Source of the DNA: Prevotella sp. CAG:1092
GTDB taxonomy: Bacteria; Bacteroidota; Bacteroidia; Bacteroidales; Bacteroidaceae
DNA length: 64,000 bases
Assembly: GCA_000436915.1 (NCBI GenBank)
Contig: HF994128.1
Span: 60,311-124,310 of the forward strand
Direction: 5' to 3'
The translations under genes and the position numbers were made by a program. Numbering within the stretch: the first letter of the stretch is position 1; each line of letters begins with the position of its first letter. The notes beneath the pieces were generated by a model. It was not told the origin of the DNA, did no database searches, and saw only the letters and a program-made list of their open reading frames with translations. Positions 50,287 through 59,223 of this stretch are shown here, piece by piece.

Positions 50287-52179
50287 ATGAAGAAATGGAC
50301 TATCGAAGACTCACGAGAGCTTTACAACATTAATGGTTGGGGCGTTTCGTATTTTGGAGTCAACGACAAGGGAAATGTATATGTCACTCCTTGTAAGGAC
50401 AAGACACAGATTGACCTCCGCGAGGTTATGGACGAACTGGCATTGCGCGATGTCACATCGCCTGTACTATTGCGTTTTCCAGACATCCTCGACAACCGTA
50501 TCGAAAAGACTGCCAGCTGTTTTGACGTGGCAAAGAAGGAATATGGCTACAAGGGTGAGAACTTCATAATTTATCCTATCAAGGTTAACCAGATACAGCC
50601 TGTGGTAGAGGAGATAATCTCGCACGGCAGAAAGTTTAACCTCGGACTTGAAGCTGGTTCAAAACCTGAGCTTCATGCAGTATTGGCTGTGCAATGCCAA
50701 AGCGACTCGCTGATAATATGTAATGGCTATAAAGACCAGGCATATATAGAGTTGGCGCTGTTGGCTCAGAAGATGGGCAAACGTATCTTCATCGTGGTTG
50801 AGAAGCTGAACGAGCTTGAGACAATTGCTACTGTAGCAAAGAAGCTCAACGTGAAGCCTAACCTCGGTATCAGAATAAAGCTTGCATCATGTGGCTCCGG
50901 CAAATGGGAAGAGAGTGGCGGCGATGCTTCTAAGTTTGGTCTTACCAGCGCTGAACTGCTGCAGGCACTCGACATAATGGAGAAGAAGGGATGGCACGAC
51001 TGCTTGAAGCTAATCCATTTCCATATTGGTTCGCAGATAACAAAGATTCGTCGTATACAGACAGCTCTTCGTGAGGCTTCACAATTCTATATCAATCTTC
51101 ATAAGATGGGATATAAGGTGGAGTTTGTTGACTGTGGTGGTGGTCTTGGCGTCGACTATGATGGCACTCGCTCGTCAAATAGCGAAAGCTCTGTCAACTA
51201 TAGCATCCAGGAATATGTCAACGACTGTATCTACACCTTCGTGGAGGCTGCGGATAAGAATGAGCTTCCTCATCCAAACCTCATCACAGAGAGTGGACGT
51301 TCGCTAACGGCTCACCACTCGGTATTGGTGATTGACGTATTGGAGACTGCAAGCTTGCCAGAGATGCCAGAGGAGTTTGAGGCTAAGCCTGATGACCATA
51401 AGCTGGTGAAAGACCTCTACGACATTTGGGACAACCTTAGCTCTCGTTCTATGCTCGAGGATTGGCACGATGCTGAGCAGATACGCGAAGAGGCTCTTGA
51501 GCTCTTTAGTCATGGCATCGTAGACTTGAAGACAAGAGCAGAGATAGAACGTATGTATTGGAGCGTGGCTCACGAGATAAACGTGTTGGCAAAGAACATC
51601 AAGCATGTGCCAGAGGAACTGAAGAATCTCGACAAGCTGTTGGCAGATAAATATTTCTGCAACTTCTCGCTATTCCAGAGTCTACCGGACTCTTGGGCTA
51701 TCGACCAGTTGTTCCCTATCGTGCCTATACAGCGATTGAACGAGCGTCCTACTCGCAACGCTACATTGCAGGATATCACTTGCGACTCTGATGGCAAGAT
51801 TGCAAACTTTGTGGCTGAGGGTCATACATCTCATGTGTTGCCTATCCACAGCTTGAAAAAGAACGAGTCGTATTATCTCGGCATATTCCTCGTAGGAGCA
51901 TACCAAGAGATTCTTGGAGATATGCACAACCTGTTTGGTGATACCAACGCCGTACATATTTCTGTTAAGGATGGCAAGTACAATATTGACCAGATAATAG
52001 ATGGCGAAACCGTAGAAGAGGTGCTCGACTATGTGCAGTACAACCCTAAGAAGTTGGTTCGCCAGCTCGAGACATGGGTAACAAAGAGTGTGAAGGAAGG
52101 AAAAATTAGTCTTGAAGAAGGCAAAGAATTCCTTGATACCTACCGCTCAGGTCTATACGGATATACATATTTGGAATAA
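50287..52179 (+). CDS. speA: Biosynthetic arginine decarboxylase
   Basis: 630-aa PLP-dependent fold. N-terminal WTIEDSRELYNI…GW and group IV decarboxylase motifs. Confidence 0.9.
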   Translation: MKKWTIEDSRELYNINGWGVSYFGVNDKGNVYVTPCKDKTQIDLREVMDELALRDVTSPVLLRFPDILDNRIEKTASCFDVAKKEYGYKGENFIIYPIKVNQIQPVVEEIISHGRKFNLGLEAGSKPELHAVLAVQCQSDSLIICNGYKDQAYIELALLAQKMGKRIFIVVEKLNELETIATVAKKLNVKPNLGIRIKLASCGSGKWEESGGDASKFGLTSAELLQALDIMEKKGWHDCLKLIHFHIGSQITKIRRIQTALREASQFYINLHKMGYKVEFVDCGGGLGVDYDGTRSSNSESSVNYSIQEYVNDCIYTFVEAADKNELPHPNLITESGRSLTAHHSVLVIDVLETASLPEMPEEFEAKPDDHKLVKDLYDIWDNLSSRSMLEDWHDAEQIREEALELFSHGIVDLKTRAEIERMYWSVAHEINVLAKNIKHVPEELKNLDKLLADKYFCNFSLFQSLPDSWAIDQLFPIVPIQRLNERPTRNATLQDITCDSDGKIANFVAEGHTSHVLPIHSLKKNESYYLGIFLVGAYQEILGDMHNLFGDTNAVHISVKDGKYNIDQIIDGETVEEVLDYVQYNPKKLVRQLETWVTKSVKEGKISLEEGKEFLDTYRSGLYGYTYLE

Positions 52180-52243
52180 TAAAAGCATTATACCCCTCTC
52201 TGCAGCATAAGCAGAGGGGGATATAGCTAAAAGAATAACGACA

Positions 52244-53017
52244 ATGGAAAAGATTACTGTTGTAAAAGTAGGCGGTGCGGTAGTAGAAGACGAAGCGCAG
52301 CTGATGCAACTGCTTAAGGACTTTGCTGCCATCGAGGGCAACAAAGTCCTTGTGCATGGAGGAGGTCGAAGTGCAACAAAGATTGCAGCACAGCTGGGTA
52401 TAGAAACCAAGATGGTGAATGGCAGACGCATCACCGACCGCGAAATGCTGAATGTAGTAACTATGGTATACGGCGGATTGGTAAACAAAAACCTCGTGGC
52501 AAAGCTACAGGCTGTAGGCGTAAACGCCCTTGGACTAACAGGTGCCGACATCGACATGATACGTTCGCATAAGCGTCCATTGAAAGATGGTATAGACTTT
52601 GGATATGTTGGCGACGTAGACCATGCCAACGGCAATATGCTTCACACCCTCGTAGAGGCTGGCATAGTGCCTGTAATGGCTCCATTGACTCACGATGGCA
52701 ATGGCAACATACTAAATACCAATGCCGACACCATAGCTTCGGAAACAGCAAAAGCTTTGGCACCATATTACGACGTAACCCTGATGTTCTGTTTCGAGAA
52801 AAAGGGTGTACTATCAAATCCTGACGACGACGATAGCGTAATCCCTTCCATCACTCCTGAAGAGTTTAAGGCTCTTGTAGCCGACGGAACAGTTGCTGGA
52901 GGTATGATTCCTAAGCTCGAAAACTCGTTCAACGCCATCGAACATGGAGTAAAGCAAGTGGTGATAACCCTCGCTTCTGCCATCGACGGTAAGCACGGCA
53001 CCATACTGCGAGGCTAA
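52244..53017 (+). CDS. argB: Acetylglutamate kinase
   Basis: 257-aa amino-acid kinase fold (VVKVGGAV…HGGG…). Confidence 0.8.
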   Translation: MEKITVVKVGGAVVEDEAQLMQLLKDFAAIEGNKVLVHGGGRSATKIAAQLGIETKMVNGRRITDREMLNVVTMVYGGLVNKNLVAKLQAVGVNALGLTGADIDMIRSHKRPLKDGIDFGYVGDVDHANGNMLHTLVEAGIVPVMAPLTHDGNGNILNTNADTIASETAKALAPYYDVTLMFCFEKKGVLSNPDDDDSVIPSITPEEFKALVADGTVAGGMIPKLENSFNAIEHGVKQVVITLASAIDGKHGTILRG

Positions 53018-53191
53018 CAACATACGCCACGTGGATATACCTCAGTTATAATGTATCATTTCTGCAACGCTATATATATTATATAAGGTATAGGACATAG
53101 ATAAAAAGTAGAGAAATACTAAATAAACGTTAAAATACAGTTCTTACTGTAACTATCCTCATAACCAATCGTCAATTAAACAGAGAACAAG

Positions 53192-53704
53192 ATGAAAAAG
53201 GTCAGTTTCCGTAACGACATTCTGCCGATGAAGAACAATCTCTATCGGCTTGCTCTCCGCATTACATGCAATAATGCAGAAGCTGAGGATGTGGTTCAGG
53301 ATACGCTGATAAAAGTCTGGAACCGACGCGAACGTTGGGACGAGATAGAATCGATGGAGGCGTTCTGTATGACAATATGCAGAAACTTAGCCTTAGATAA
53401 GATAAAGAAAATGGGAAACCAACACGATTCGCTCGACTACAATCAGCAAGATAGACCTTCTGCTCTAAACAATCCTTACGAGGAAATGAACCAGAAAGAC
53501 AGAATACAACTGGTAAGAAGAATCGTAGACGAACTGCCTGAGAAGCAACGCACATGCATACAGCTTCGCGACTTTGAAGGTAAATCATATAAGGAAGTGG
53601 CGGAGATAATGCTAATAAGCGAAGATCAGGTAAAGATCAATATCTTCAGAGGCAGACAAACCATCAAACAACGTTTTAAAGAATTAGACGACTATGGACT
53701 ATAA
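53192..53704 (+). CDS. ECF-type RNA polymerase sigma-70 factor
   Basis: 170-aa ORF with sigma region 2 (VQDTLIKVW) and region 4 (…CIQLRDFEGKSYKEVAEIM…). Confidence 0.85.
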   Translation: MKKVSFRNDILPMKNNLYRLALRITCNNAEAEDVVQDTLIKVWNRRERWDEIESMEAFCMTICRNLALDKIKKMGNQHDSLDYNQQDRPSALNNPYEEMNQKDRIQLVRRIVDELPEKQRTCIQLRDFEGKSYKEVAEIMLISEDQVKINIFRGRQTIKQRFKELDDYGL

Positions 53705-54185
53705 ATACATCAACCAACTACTCGAACGCTATTGGCGATGCGAGACTTCCATTGAGGAAGAAGACATCCTGAAAGCATTCTTCAGCCAAAAGGACGTGCC
53801 TGTAGAGTTGCTTAGATATAAGGACTTGTTCACCTACGAACTTTCCGAAACTAAACAGGATGTATTAGGTGAGGACTTCGATGCCAAGATATTGGCTATG
53901 ACAGAAGAGAGCACTCCTGTAAAGGCCAAGGTCATCAGCATGACACAAAGGCTTCGCCCTCTTGTAAAGGCGGCAGCTGCAGTGGCAATAATACTAACAC
54001 TCGGCAACGCTTTGCAAGTGCCATTTGCCAACAACAATAATGGCAACGCTATCAGCTATTACGATGGCTACGACAGCATAAAGCAGGGCACATCTATGGC
54101 AATGGGCGATAGCGCTGTGGTTGACTCCATGAAGCGTAGCATCGCAGACCCACAGTCAAGCCAGGTGTCAAACATCTTAAAGTAG
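53694..54185 (+). CDS. Putative anti-sigma factor (single TM helix) cognate to the ECF sigma
   Basis: 163-aa ORF overlapping the sigma stop by 11 nt (translational coupling). Central TM helix AAAAVAIILTLGNAL. Confidence 0.55.
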   Translation: MDYKYINQLLERYWRCETSIEEEDILKAFFSQKDVPVELLRYKDLFTYELSETKQDVLGEDFDAKILAMTEESTPVKAKVISMTQRLRPLVKAAAAVAIILTLGNALQVPFANNNNGNAISYYDGYDSIKQGTSMAMGDSAVVDSMKRSIADPQSSQVSNILK

Positions 54186-54290
54186 ACTATATTTCTATGC
54201 TTTCTCTATAATTAAATCATGTTTAGTAAAACAACATTCACGAGGCTGTGAAGTTTCGTTTTCTCTCAAATTTCATAACATATTAACGAA

Positions 54291-54350
54291 GAAGGAATCA
54301 TCTATATCGATATACTGAGTAGATGATTCCTTCATTTTTATACATATACG
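54291..54350. terminator. Bidirectional terminator between anti-sigma gene (+) and CPBP protease gene (-)
   Basis: 14-bp perfect stem GAAGGAATCATCTA/TAGATGATTCCTTC, 25-nt loop, followed by ATTTTTATAC. Confidence 0.65.
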
Positions 54351-54390
54351 TGTACTTGTTTCTTAAACTCTCCGTAAAATTATTCGTAGC

Positions 54391-55191
54391 TTACTTTTTT
54401 AATCGCTGAGCAAGCTGGAAGAGACTGGGCAGGAATATGCATAGCGAGAAGCCAAGAGCCATATACACGCTACGCTGATTGCCTTGGAATATATCTATCA
54501 GCTTGCCGTCGGCAGTCTGGTGTATCATGTTGTATGCCACAAAGGCAATAGTGTTGTTTATCCAATGGAATAGCATTTCTGGCACTATGCTGTTTGTACG
54601 GCTATACATCCAACCAAGAAGCACTCCTATAAGCGCAGCATGGATAAACTGTGGTCCATTGGCATGCAAAGCCCCAAAGAGTAAGGCTGAGATGATAATA
54701 GCAAACCATTTTCTGCCTTCTCCCATCACTTCGAGCAGACGACGTAATATTGCTCCTCTAAACACCATTTCTTCGGCTACAGGTGCCAATACGCCTACCG
54801 CGAGGTATCCCCAAGGAGTGCCTAAGAGCTTGGTCATAAGTTCAAGTGTTTCTTTTGGCATGTCTACATCTAATACTTCTATCATCCATTGCGAAGGAAT
54901 TATAGTGCCCAAAGAAAGCAAAACTACCCACACCAAGGCTGTCCAAGGGCGTGTGGCAATATATTCTCTTGAATATGGCGACCATCGTCTCCAAAGGAAA
55001 ATTACAATGGTAATCAATCCACTCAAGGCTGTTCCTGCAGCCATTGTAATAGCAGAATCTATACCATAATGTTTGCCCATGAGATCTGCTCCATTTAGGA
55101 ATATCACTTGCAGCAACACAAAAACTATCAAGTAGAGCACTATATCTACTGCTGCCTTGACATTATTATTCTTCATTATATTCATAATCAA
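54391..55191 (-). CDS. CPBP-family (CAAX/Abi) intramembrane metalloprotease
   Basis: 266-aa polytopic protein with EExxFR motif (EEMVFRGAI) and the second His motif (FGALHANGP). Confidence 0.75.
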   Translation of the reverse strand: MIMNIMKNNNVKAAVDIVLYLIVFVLLQVIFLNGADLMGKHYGIDSAITMAAGTALSGLITIVIFLWRRWSPYSREYIATRPWTALVWVVLLSLGTIIPSQWMIEVLDVDMPKETLELMTKLLGTPWGYLAVGVLAPVAEEMVFRGAILRRLLEVMGEGRKWFAIIISALLFGALHANGPQFIHAALIGVLLGWMYSRTNSIVPEMLFHWINNTIAFVAYNMIHQTADGKLIDIFQGNQRSVYMALGFSLCIFLPSLFQLAQRLKK

Positions 55192-56114
55192 AATAGTTTT
55201 GAGATTTCTTCTTTATCCTTCTTTAGTTGCGCTACCAACTGATCAATATTATCAAACTTATGTTCGCTACGTATGCGCTTACAGAATTCTACTCTGATAT
55301 TCTGACCATATATATCGCCAGCAAAACCAAAGATGTTTACTTCAATGCTCACATCATTGCCTCCGAAAGTAGGACGAGTGCCAATATTCAACATACCTAC
55401 CCTACTCTCGCTTTCGCCATCAAGCCAAACCTTTACGGCATATACTCCACCTGCAGGAGCAAGCAAGCAACTTGTTCCTAAGTCGATGTTGGCAGTAGGA
55501 AAGCCTATCTTTCTACCTTCATGATATCCACTCGTAACGATGCCATGCAGACTATAGTAGCGACCTAAGCATTTTGCAGCTGTTTCCACATCGCCATTAG
55601 ATATAAGGCGACGAACCACAGAAGAGCTAACCATAATGCCTTCGACATCTAAAGCCGTGTTCTGAACTACCTCTATGCCCATCTCCTTGCCATAGCGCAC
55701 ATAGTCGTCGAAAGTCTCGCTACGATTATGACCAAAGCGATTATCGTAGCCTATAAGGAGCGTTGCTACACCAAGCTTAGTGCGCATTATATTATCCATG
55801 AAGTCGTAAGCCGACAAAGCTGCAAGGACTTTCGTGAATGGCAACACCACGCAATGGTCAATACCTGTTTCTGCCAATAGCTTAAGCTTGTCGTCAAGTG
55901 TAGTGAGTAGCTGTGGCTGATAGTCGGCATTTAGCACCTGGCGCGGATGCTTATCGAAGGTTATAGCCATCGACTCCATACCATTCTCGTGAGCAAGGTC
56001 TACGACATGCTTCAGCAAGAACTGATGTCCACGATGCACACCATCAAAAAAGCCTATTGTTGCAACAGCCTTATTTTCAAATATAGTATCTTCAGATAGT
56101 ATCGTTGTCTTCAT
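55188..56114 (-). CDS. ribF: Bifunctional riboflavin kinase / FMN adenylyltransferase
   Basis: 308-aa ORF. N-terminal GFFDGVHRGHQ nucleotidyltransferase motif plus a C-terminal riboflavin kinase domain. Confidence 0.9.
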   Translation of the reverse strand: MKTTILSEDTIFENKAVATIGFFDGVHRGHQFLLKHVVDLAHENGMESMAITFDKHPRQVLNADYQPQLLTTLDDKLKLLAETGIDHCVVLPFTKVLAALSAYDFMDNIMRTKLGVATLLIGYDNRFGHNRSETFDDYVRYGKEMGIEVVQNTALDVEGIMVSSSVVRRLISNGDVETAAKCLGRYYSLHGIVTSGYHEGRKIGFPTANIDLGTSCLLAPAGGVYAVKVWLDGESESRVGMLNIGTRPTFGGNDVSIEVNIFGFAGDIYGQNIRVEFCKRIRSEHKFDNIDQLVAQLKKDKEEISKLF

Positions 56115-56214
56115 TTATATTATTCACCGATATTTTGTTCAGCTGACAAAGTTACGCAAATTCAACTTAAACCGCAACATTATCCGCTCATTTAGATACT
56201 TTTTACAAAAAAAA

Positions 56215-56246
56215 TTTGGATATTTGAGATAAACCTACTACCTTTG
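56215..56246 (+). promoter_or_regulatory. Bacteroidetes sigma-A-type promoter for tRNA-Met (TTTG 56215-56218, TACCTTTG 56239-56246)
   Basis: Same TACCTTTGCATCC 13-mer and 20-nt spacing as the tRNA-Glu promoter. Confidence 0.5.
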
Positions 56247-56283
56247 CATCCACAAAACTTTTAGGCATCTTTGTCTTTAAGTC

Positions 56284-56357
56284 GGACTTGTAGCTCAGTT
56301 GGTTAGAGCAACAGACTCATAATCTGGAGGTCCTAGGTTCAAGCCCTAGCTGGTCCA
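56284..56357 (+). tRNA. tRNA with CAU anticodon (elongator tRNA-Met or tRNA-Ile2/lysidine)
   Basis: Hand-folded: acceptor GGACTTG/CTGGTCC (one U·U mismatch), D-arm GCTC-AGTTGGTTA-GAGC, anticodon loop CTCATAA, T-arm CTAGG-TTCAAGC-CCTAG. Close to the E. coli elongator tRNA-Met sequence. Confidence 0.75.
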
Positions 56358-56367
56358 CACTTCTATT

Positions 56368-56406
56368 ACAGCGACTTACGCTTCAGCGTAGGTCGCTGTT
56401 TTTCTT
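56368..56406 (+). terminator. Rho-independent terminator of tRNA-Met
   Basis: Stem ACAGCGAC-TT-ACGC/GCGT-A-GGTCGCTGT with loop TTCA, followed by TTTTTCTTTCC. Confidence 0.7.
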
Positions 56407-56572
56407 TCCTGCGTAAACAATGCGTAAACAAACTGTTTGAGTTAGGTGTGTTTCGCTGTGATATTCTCTGCAACACCCCATCATTCCATAAGATGTTATA
56501 TCTTGTCTTTAATGTACGGTTGAAGAATTTTGCTTCATTCCAATAAATTTTTCATTGAAACATGATACATTG

Positions 56573-56851
56573 TCATGCAAAAGCCTTACCTTTGTCCATC
56601 ATATAGAACGCAAATGGCTCAGGCACAATCTCATCCAGTTCATTGCTGTCATGCCATTTTCCATCTGTAATATGGATCTTTGCAAGAATGCTTCCACGAA
56701 GATTCAGCAGTGTGTGCATTTTGACTGCGCCTTTGCTATACTTGCCCAATGCCCATGCAGCCAGGACAATGCATGTTGAGATAGTTGTGGAGTCAAGTGC
56801 ATAGAGGACATTGTCTATTGTTATCTCAGCAACCTTTGTGTTTGAATACAT
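56573..56851 (-). mobile_element. IS4-family DDE transposase N-terminal fragment (remnant)
   Basis: 92-aa ORF (…ALDSTTISTC…VKMHTLLNLRGSILAKIHITDGKWHD…) resembling the first catalytic-D region of IS4-like transposases. Truncated and without inverted repeats. Confidence 0.5.
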
Positions 56852-56984
56852 TGGTCGGACGATACCGATTACTCAATCAATTTCAAATCAAAAAAAAACA
56901 AAAACACTTGTAAATGATTAAGTTTCAAATACATAACTATAGTTAATCGAACAATATCGCATCACTAGTAATTAAGAATAATAA

Positions 56985-57335
56985 ATGAAACAATTATATT
57001 ATGTAAACGGAAAACGGGTTGATATAAATACTTATGCAAATGCCCTAAACGCAGAAATAGCAGCAGAAGAAGCTCAAAATGTATTTGAAGTTAAGAAGAA
57101 AGGATTTATTGAATATCTTAATAAAACCCCTTCTGTTCTCTCAAAATGGGAAAACACTTCTTTTTCACCTGAGTCAATTGTACAGATTGAGTTTAATTCT
57201 TGGTGCAATTCCGATGATTGTAAATTGCTATTAAAAAAGTACGAACAGCAAAGAACCAGGAAGGCATGGGGATGTTTCACTCTAATAATTATTGGAATTG
57301 TACTATTTCTTTTACGTGTTAGTGGAGTTCTATAA
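56985..57335 (+). CDS. Hypothetical tail-anchored membrane protein (116 aa) in the AT-rich islet
   Basis: ORF with C-terminal TM helix (GCFTLIIIGIVLFLLRVSGVL). AT-rich, atypical composition. No recognisable domain. Confidence 0.4.
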   Translation: MKQLYYVNGKRVDINTYANALNAEIAAEEAQNVFEVKKKGFIEYLNKTPSVLSKWENTSFSPESIVQIEFNSWCNSDDCKLLLKKYEQQRTRKAWGCFTLIIIGIVLFLLRVSGVL

Positions 57336-57346
57336 AATAAGGGAAT

Positions 57347-57712
57347 ATGCGGATAATAGAAATTGCAGGAGTTCAACTTGTTGTTTCAGATAAGGATTAT
57401 AATTACTATTGGACTCGGAGAAATATTGGTGAGAATTCTGACGCATTCAAAGTTGCTTGCAGACGACTTTTAGGATTAGGTCCAGATAGCCATAGTTTTG
57501 ATTATGGTTTTATTCAGTTACATATATGGGGAGACAATAATAAAGATCAATGCATTAAGAAAATCCATGAAAGTGGATTGATTGAATATGAAGAAGAATG
57601 GTATAAGGAGCAAGCATCGCCACAATTAAAAGGTGCTGCATATACTGCTCAATGTGAACAAGCCCTCATGCAAGGGCTTGATGATGAATTTGAAGACGAA
57701 TTGGAATTATGA
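57347..57712 (+). CDS. Hypothetical acidic cytoplasmic protein (121 aa), co-oriented 11 nt downstream of 56985-57335
   Basis: ORF with acidic C-terminal tail (DDEFEDELEL). No recognisable domain. Possible two-gene module. Confidence 0.4.
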   Translation: MRIIEIAGVQLVVSDKDYNYYWTRRNIGENSDAFKVACRRLLGLGPDSHSFDYGFIQLHIWGDNNKDQCIKKIHESGLIEYEEEWYKEQASPQLKGAAYTAQCEQALMQGLDDEFEDELEL

Positions 57713-58067
57713 ATATTTAAACTACTCAATAATACTGAAAAAATACAGATTTTGACACGCTGGTACCAAAAGATATAGACCAAGCTAAATACCGTTGGAG
57801 AAAAGCTGCTACTTAGGGTATTCAGATGCATCTTATTGCCTTCAACAAGTTTATGATTAGTTCTTTATCATTATGACACAATGTATTGTGAAGGATGGGA
57901 TGACTTAAAATCACCCCATCCTCCGCTTACTTGTCTATGCACGATGCAACAAAAAAGACAATCGAAATGACCGTATAAAGAAAACACGGCAAGAATATCC
58001 AAAGCAAAGTCTTTACCCAACCATTTGACAACTACACACCTTCATTTCTTAACATCATATTAGACAT

Positions 58068-58468
58068 GTCATAGAAATGGCGAGTAAGGATTTCTTTAGC
58101 CAATATATAACTGGTGAGAAAACACCAAGGCACTATCGCAACCCAGCACTGGTAAAAGCTATGGTAAACCACATATCTTCATAGCAAAGGATATTGCCCA
58201 AGTAACAGACCTGAAGATAGAATATTCCAAGCACAAGGGATTGGATGATAAGAAATGTGAGGCGTTGCTGCTCGATTCGTTGAAGGATCATGGTTCGTTG
58301 ACGAAGCCTGAAATAGTGCGTCTGCTTTGGGATGTGCTGCCTGACCAGCTGGACGACAAACAGAAGAACAATAAATTGGATTATTTGCTTAAACGATTAA
58401 GGAAAGCAGGAAAAATATGGACTGAAAGAAATGAAGTTACTTCCGTATGGCACCTCACGGAAAAATAG
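58068..58468 (+). pseudogene. Frameshifted C-terminal remnant of the same putative regulator family as 42301-42813 (…PRHYRNPALVKAMVNHI… then a frame change to …KCEALLLDSLKDHGSLTKPEIVRLLWDVL…KRLRKAGKIW…)
   Basis: Frame 1 (58068-58175) ends in a stop. A second frame continues as the 75-aa ORF 58241-58468 (TTG start in the ORF track). Motif and winged-helix architecture parallel the 170-aa remnant. Confidence 0.4.
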
Positions 58469-58612
58469 TCAAATTCCGTGAGGTTACAAGCACTTTTCCG
58501 TGAGGTATAAGCCAAGTCTACATATGTAATATGTATTTGTACTGACAATCAGTCTATTACAGTCACTGGTGAGCTTGCGGAAAATTTTTATTTCAGAAAA
58601 ATTCCGTGAGGT
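58441..58612. repeat. TTCCGTGAGGT motif cluster: one imperfect inverted repeat (TTCCGTATGGCACCTCACGGAA, 58441-58462) and three direct copies (58474-58484, 58496-58506, 58602-58612; the first two 22 bp apart)
   Basis: Direct reading. Overlaps the 3' end of the pseudogene and the 5' end of the next small ORF. Confidence 0.6.
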
Positions 58613-58808
58613 TTCCGCACATAAACCCTCAAAACAGCCTCTTATTATGGAAGATATTCAAGAGAATTACAACCATCTTCTCCAGCAGAATGAGGCTCTT
58701 CGTCAGGAAAACGAAGAGTTGAATTTGCTTCTACATGCGCACGGCATTTACGTTGTTAGCCTAAGCGGAAATAAGGGCAACAAGAAGAGCTATAAGATAA
58801 GCAAATAA
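58569..58808 (+). CDS. Hypothetical small coiled-coil protein (leucine-zipper-like; true start may be the internal MEDIQEN…)
   Basis: 79-aa ORF. LLQQNEALRQENEELNLLL heptad pattern. Could be a gene fragment. Confidence 0.25.
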   Translation: MSLRKIFISEKFREVSAHKPSKQPLIMEDIQENYNHLLQQNEALRQENEELNLLLHAHGIYVVSLSGNKGNKKSYKISK

Positions 58809-58850
58809 AGCCGTTTAGTTGCATTGCCAGTACCAGCTTACTGATACCGA

Positions 58851-58900
58851 AATCGGTCATTAGAAAATGCTTCTTATCATTTTCTAATGACCGATTTTCA
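58851..58900. terminator. Strong bidirectional terminator hairpin
   Basis: Perfect 18-bp stem AATCGGTCATTAGAAAAT/ATTTTCTAATGACCGATT with 10-nt loop, flanked by A-rich and T-rich runs. Lies between the + strand small ORF and the - strand HMA gene. Confidence 0.7.
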
Positions 58901-58914
58901 TTTCTTACTATAAG

Positions 58915-59196
58915 CTACTTCTTCTTTATCTCATACCCAATCTTCTTGAAAGCCTCAACATAGTCGTCGTATTTTGCTTTCTTAGAGTCGAAGACAATAG
59001 TAACTTTTTGGTTTTCTACAGAGGTATCTATTTTCTTTGTGCCCTTTACGAAGCGAATGTTGCTCTTAATTTTCTTCTCACAGTTCTGGCAGTGCATCTG
59101 CGGTTGAGTGGTTACTACCAATGTGTCGGCTGATGTCTTGGCAAAAGTGTTGCCGGCAACTACAAGCATAAATGCTACTAAATAATTCTTCTTCAT
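58915..59196 (-). CDS. Secreted heavy-metal-associated (HMA, CopZ-like) domain protein
   Basis: 93-aa ORF with signal peptide and MxCxxC metal-binding motif (MHCQNCEKK) in a ferredoxin-like fold. Confidence 0.7.
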   Translation of the reverse strand: MKKNYLVAFMLVVAGNTFAKTSADTLVVTTQPQMHCQNCEKKIKSNIRFVKGTKKIDTSVENQKVTIVFDSKKAKYDDYVEAFKKIGYEIKKK

Positions 59197-59223
59197 ATAA
59201 TCCTTATATTAATAATGTATGTA

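Noticed and set aside
52189-52224. Imperfect hairpin between speA and argB as a terminator or attenuator
   Set aside because: The stem has two mismatches and no downstream T-run on the + strand. Probably a weak structure or an operon-internal processing site. Not called as a feature.
57713-58067. 355-bp ORF-free stretch considered as an ncRNA (it contains the GGATGGG…CCCATCC hairpin)
   Set aside because: No match by eye to RNase P, SRP, tmRNA or 6S features. The region is contiguous with the frameshifted regulator remnant and is more likely decayed coding or promoter DNA.
56358-58913. Intact prophage, ICE or CTn at tRNA-Met
   Set aside because: No integrase, relaxase, capsid/terminase or conjugation genes are present. 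Only a transposase fragment and small ORFs remain, so the region is called a degraded islet instead.
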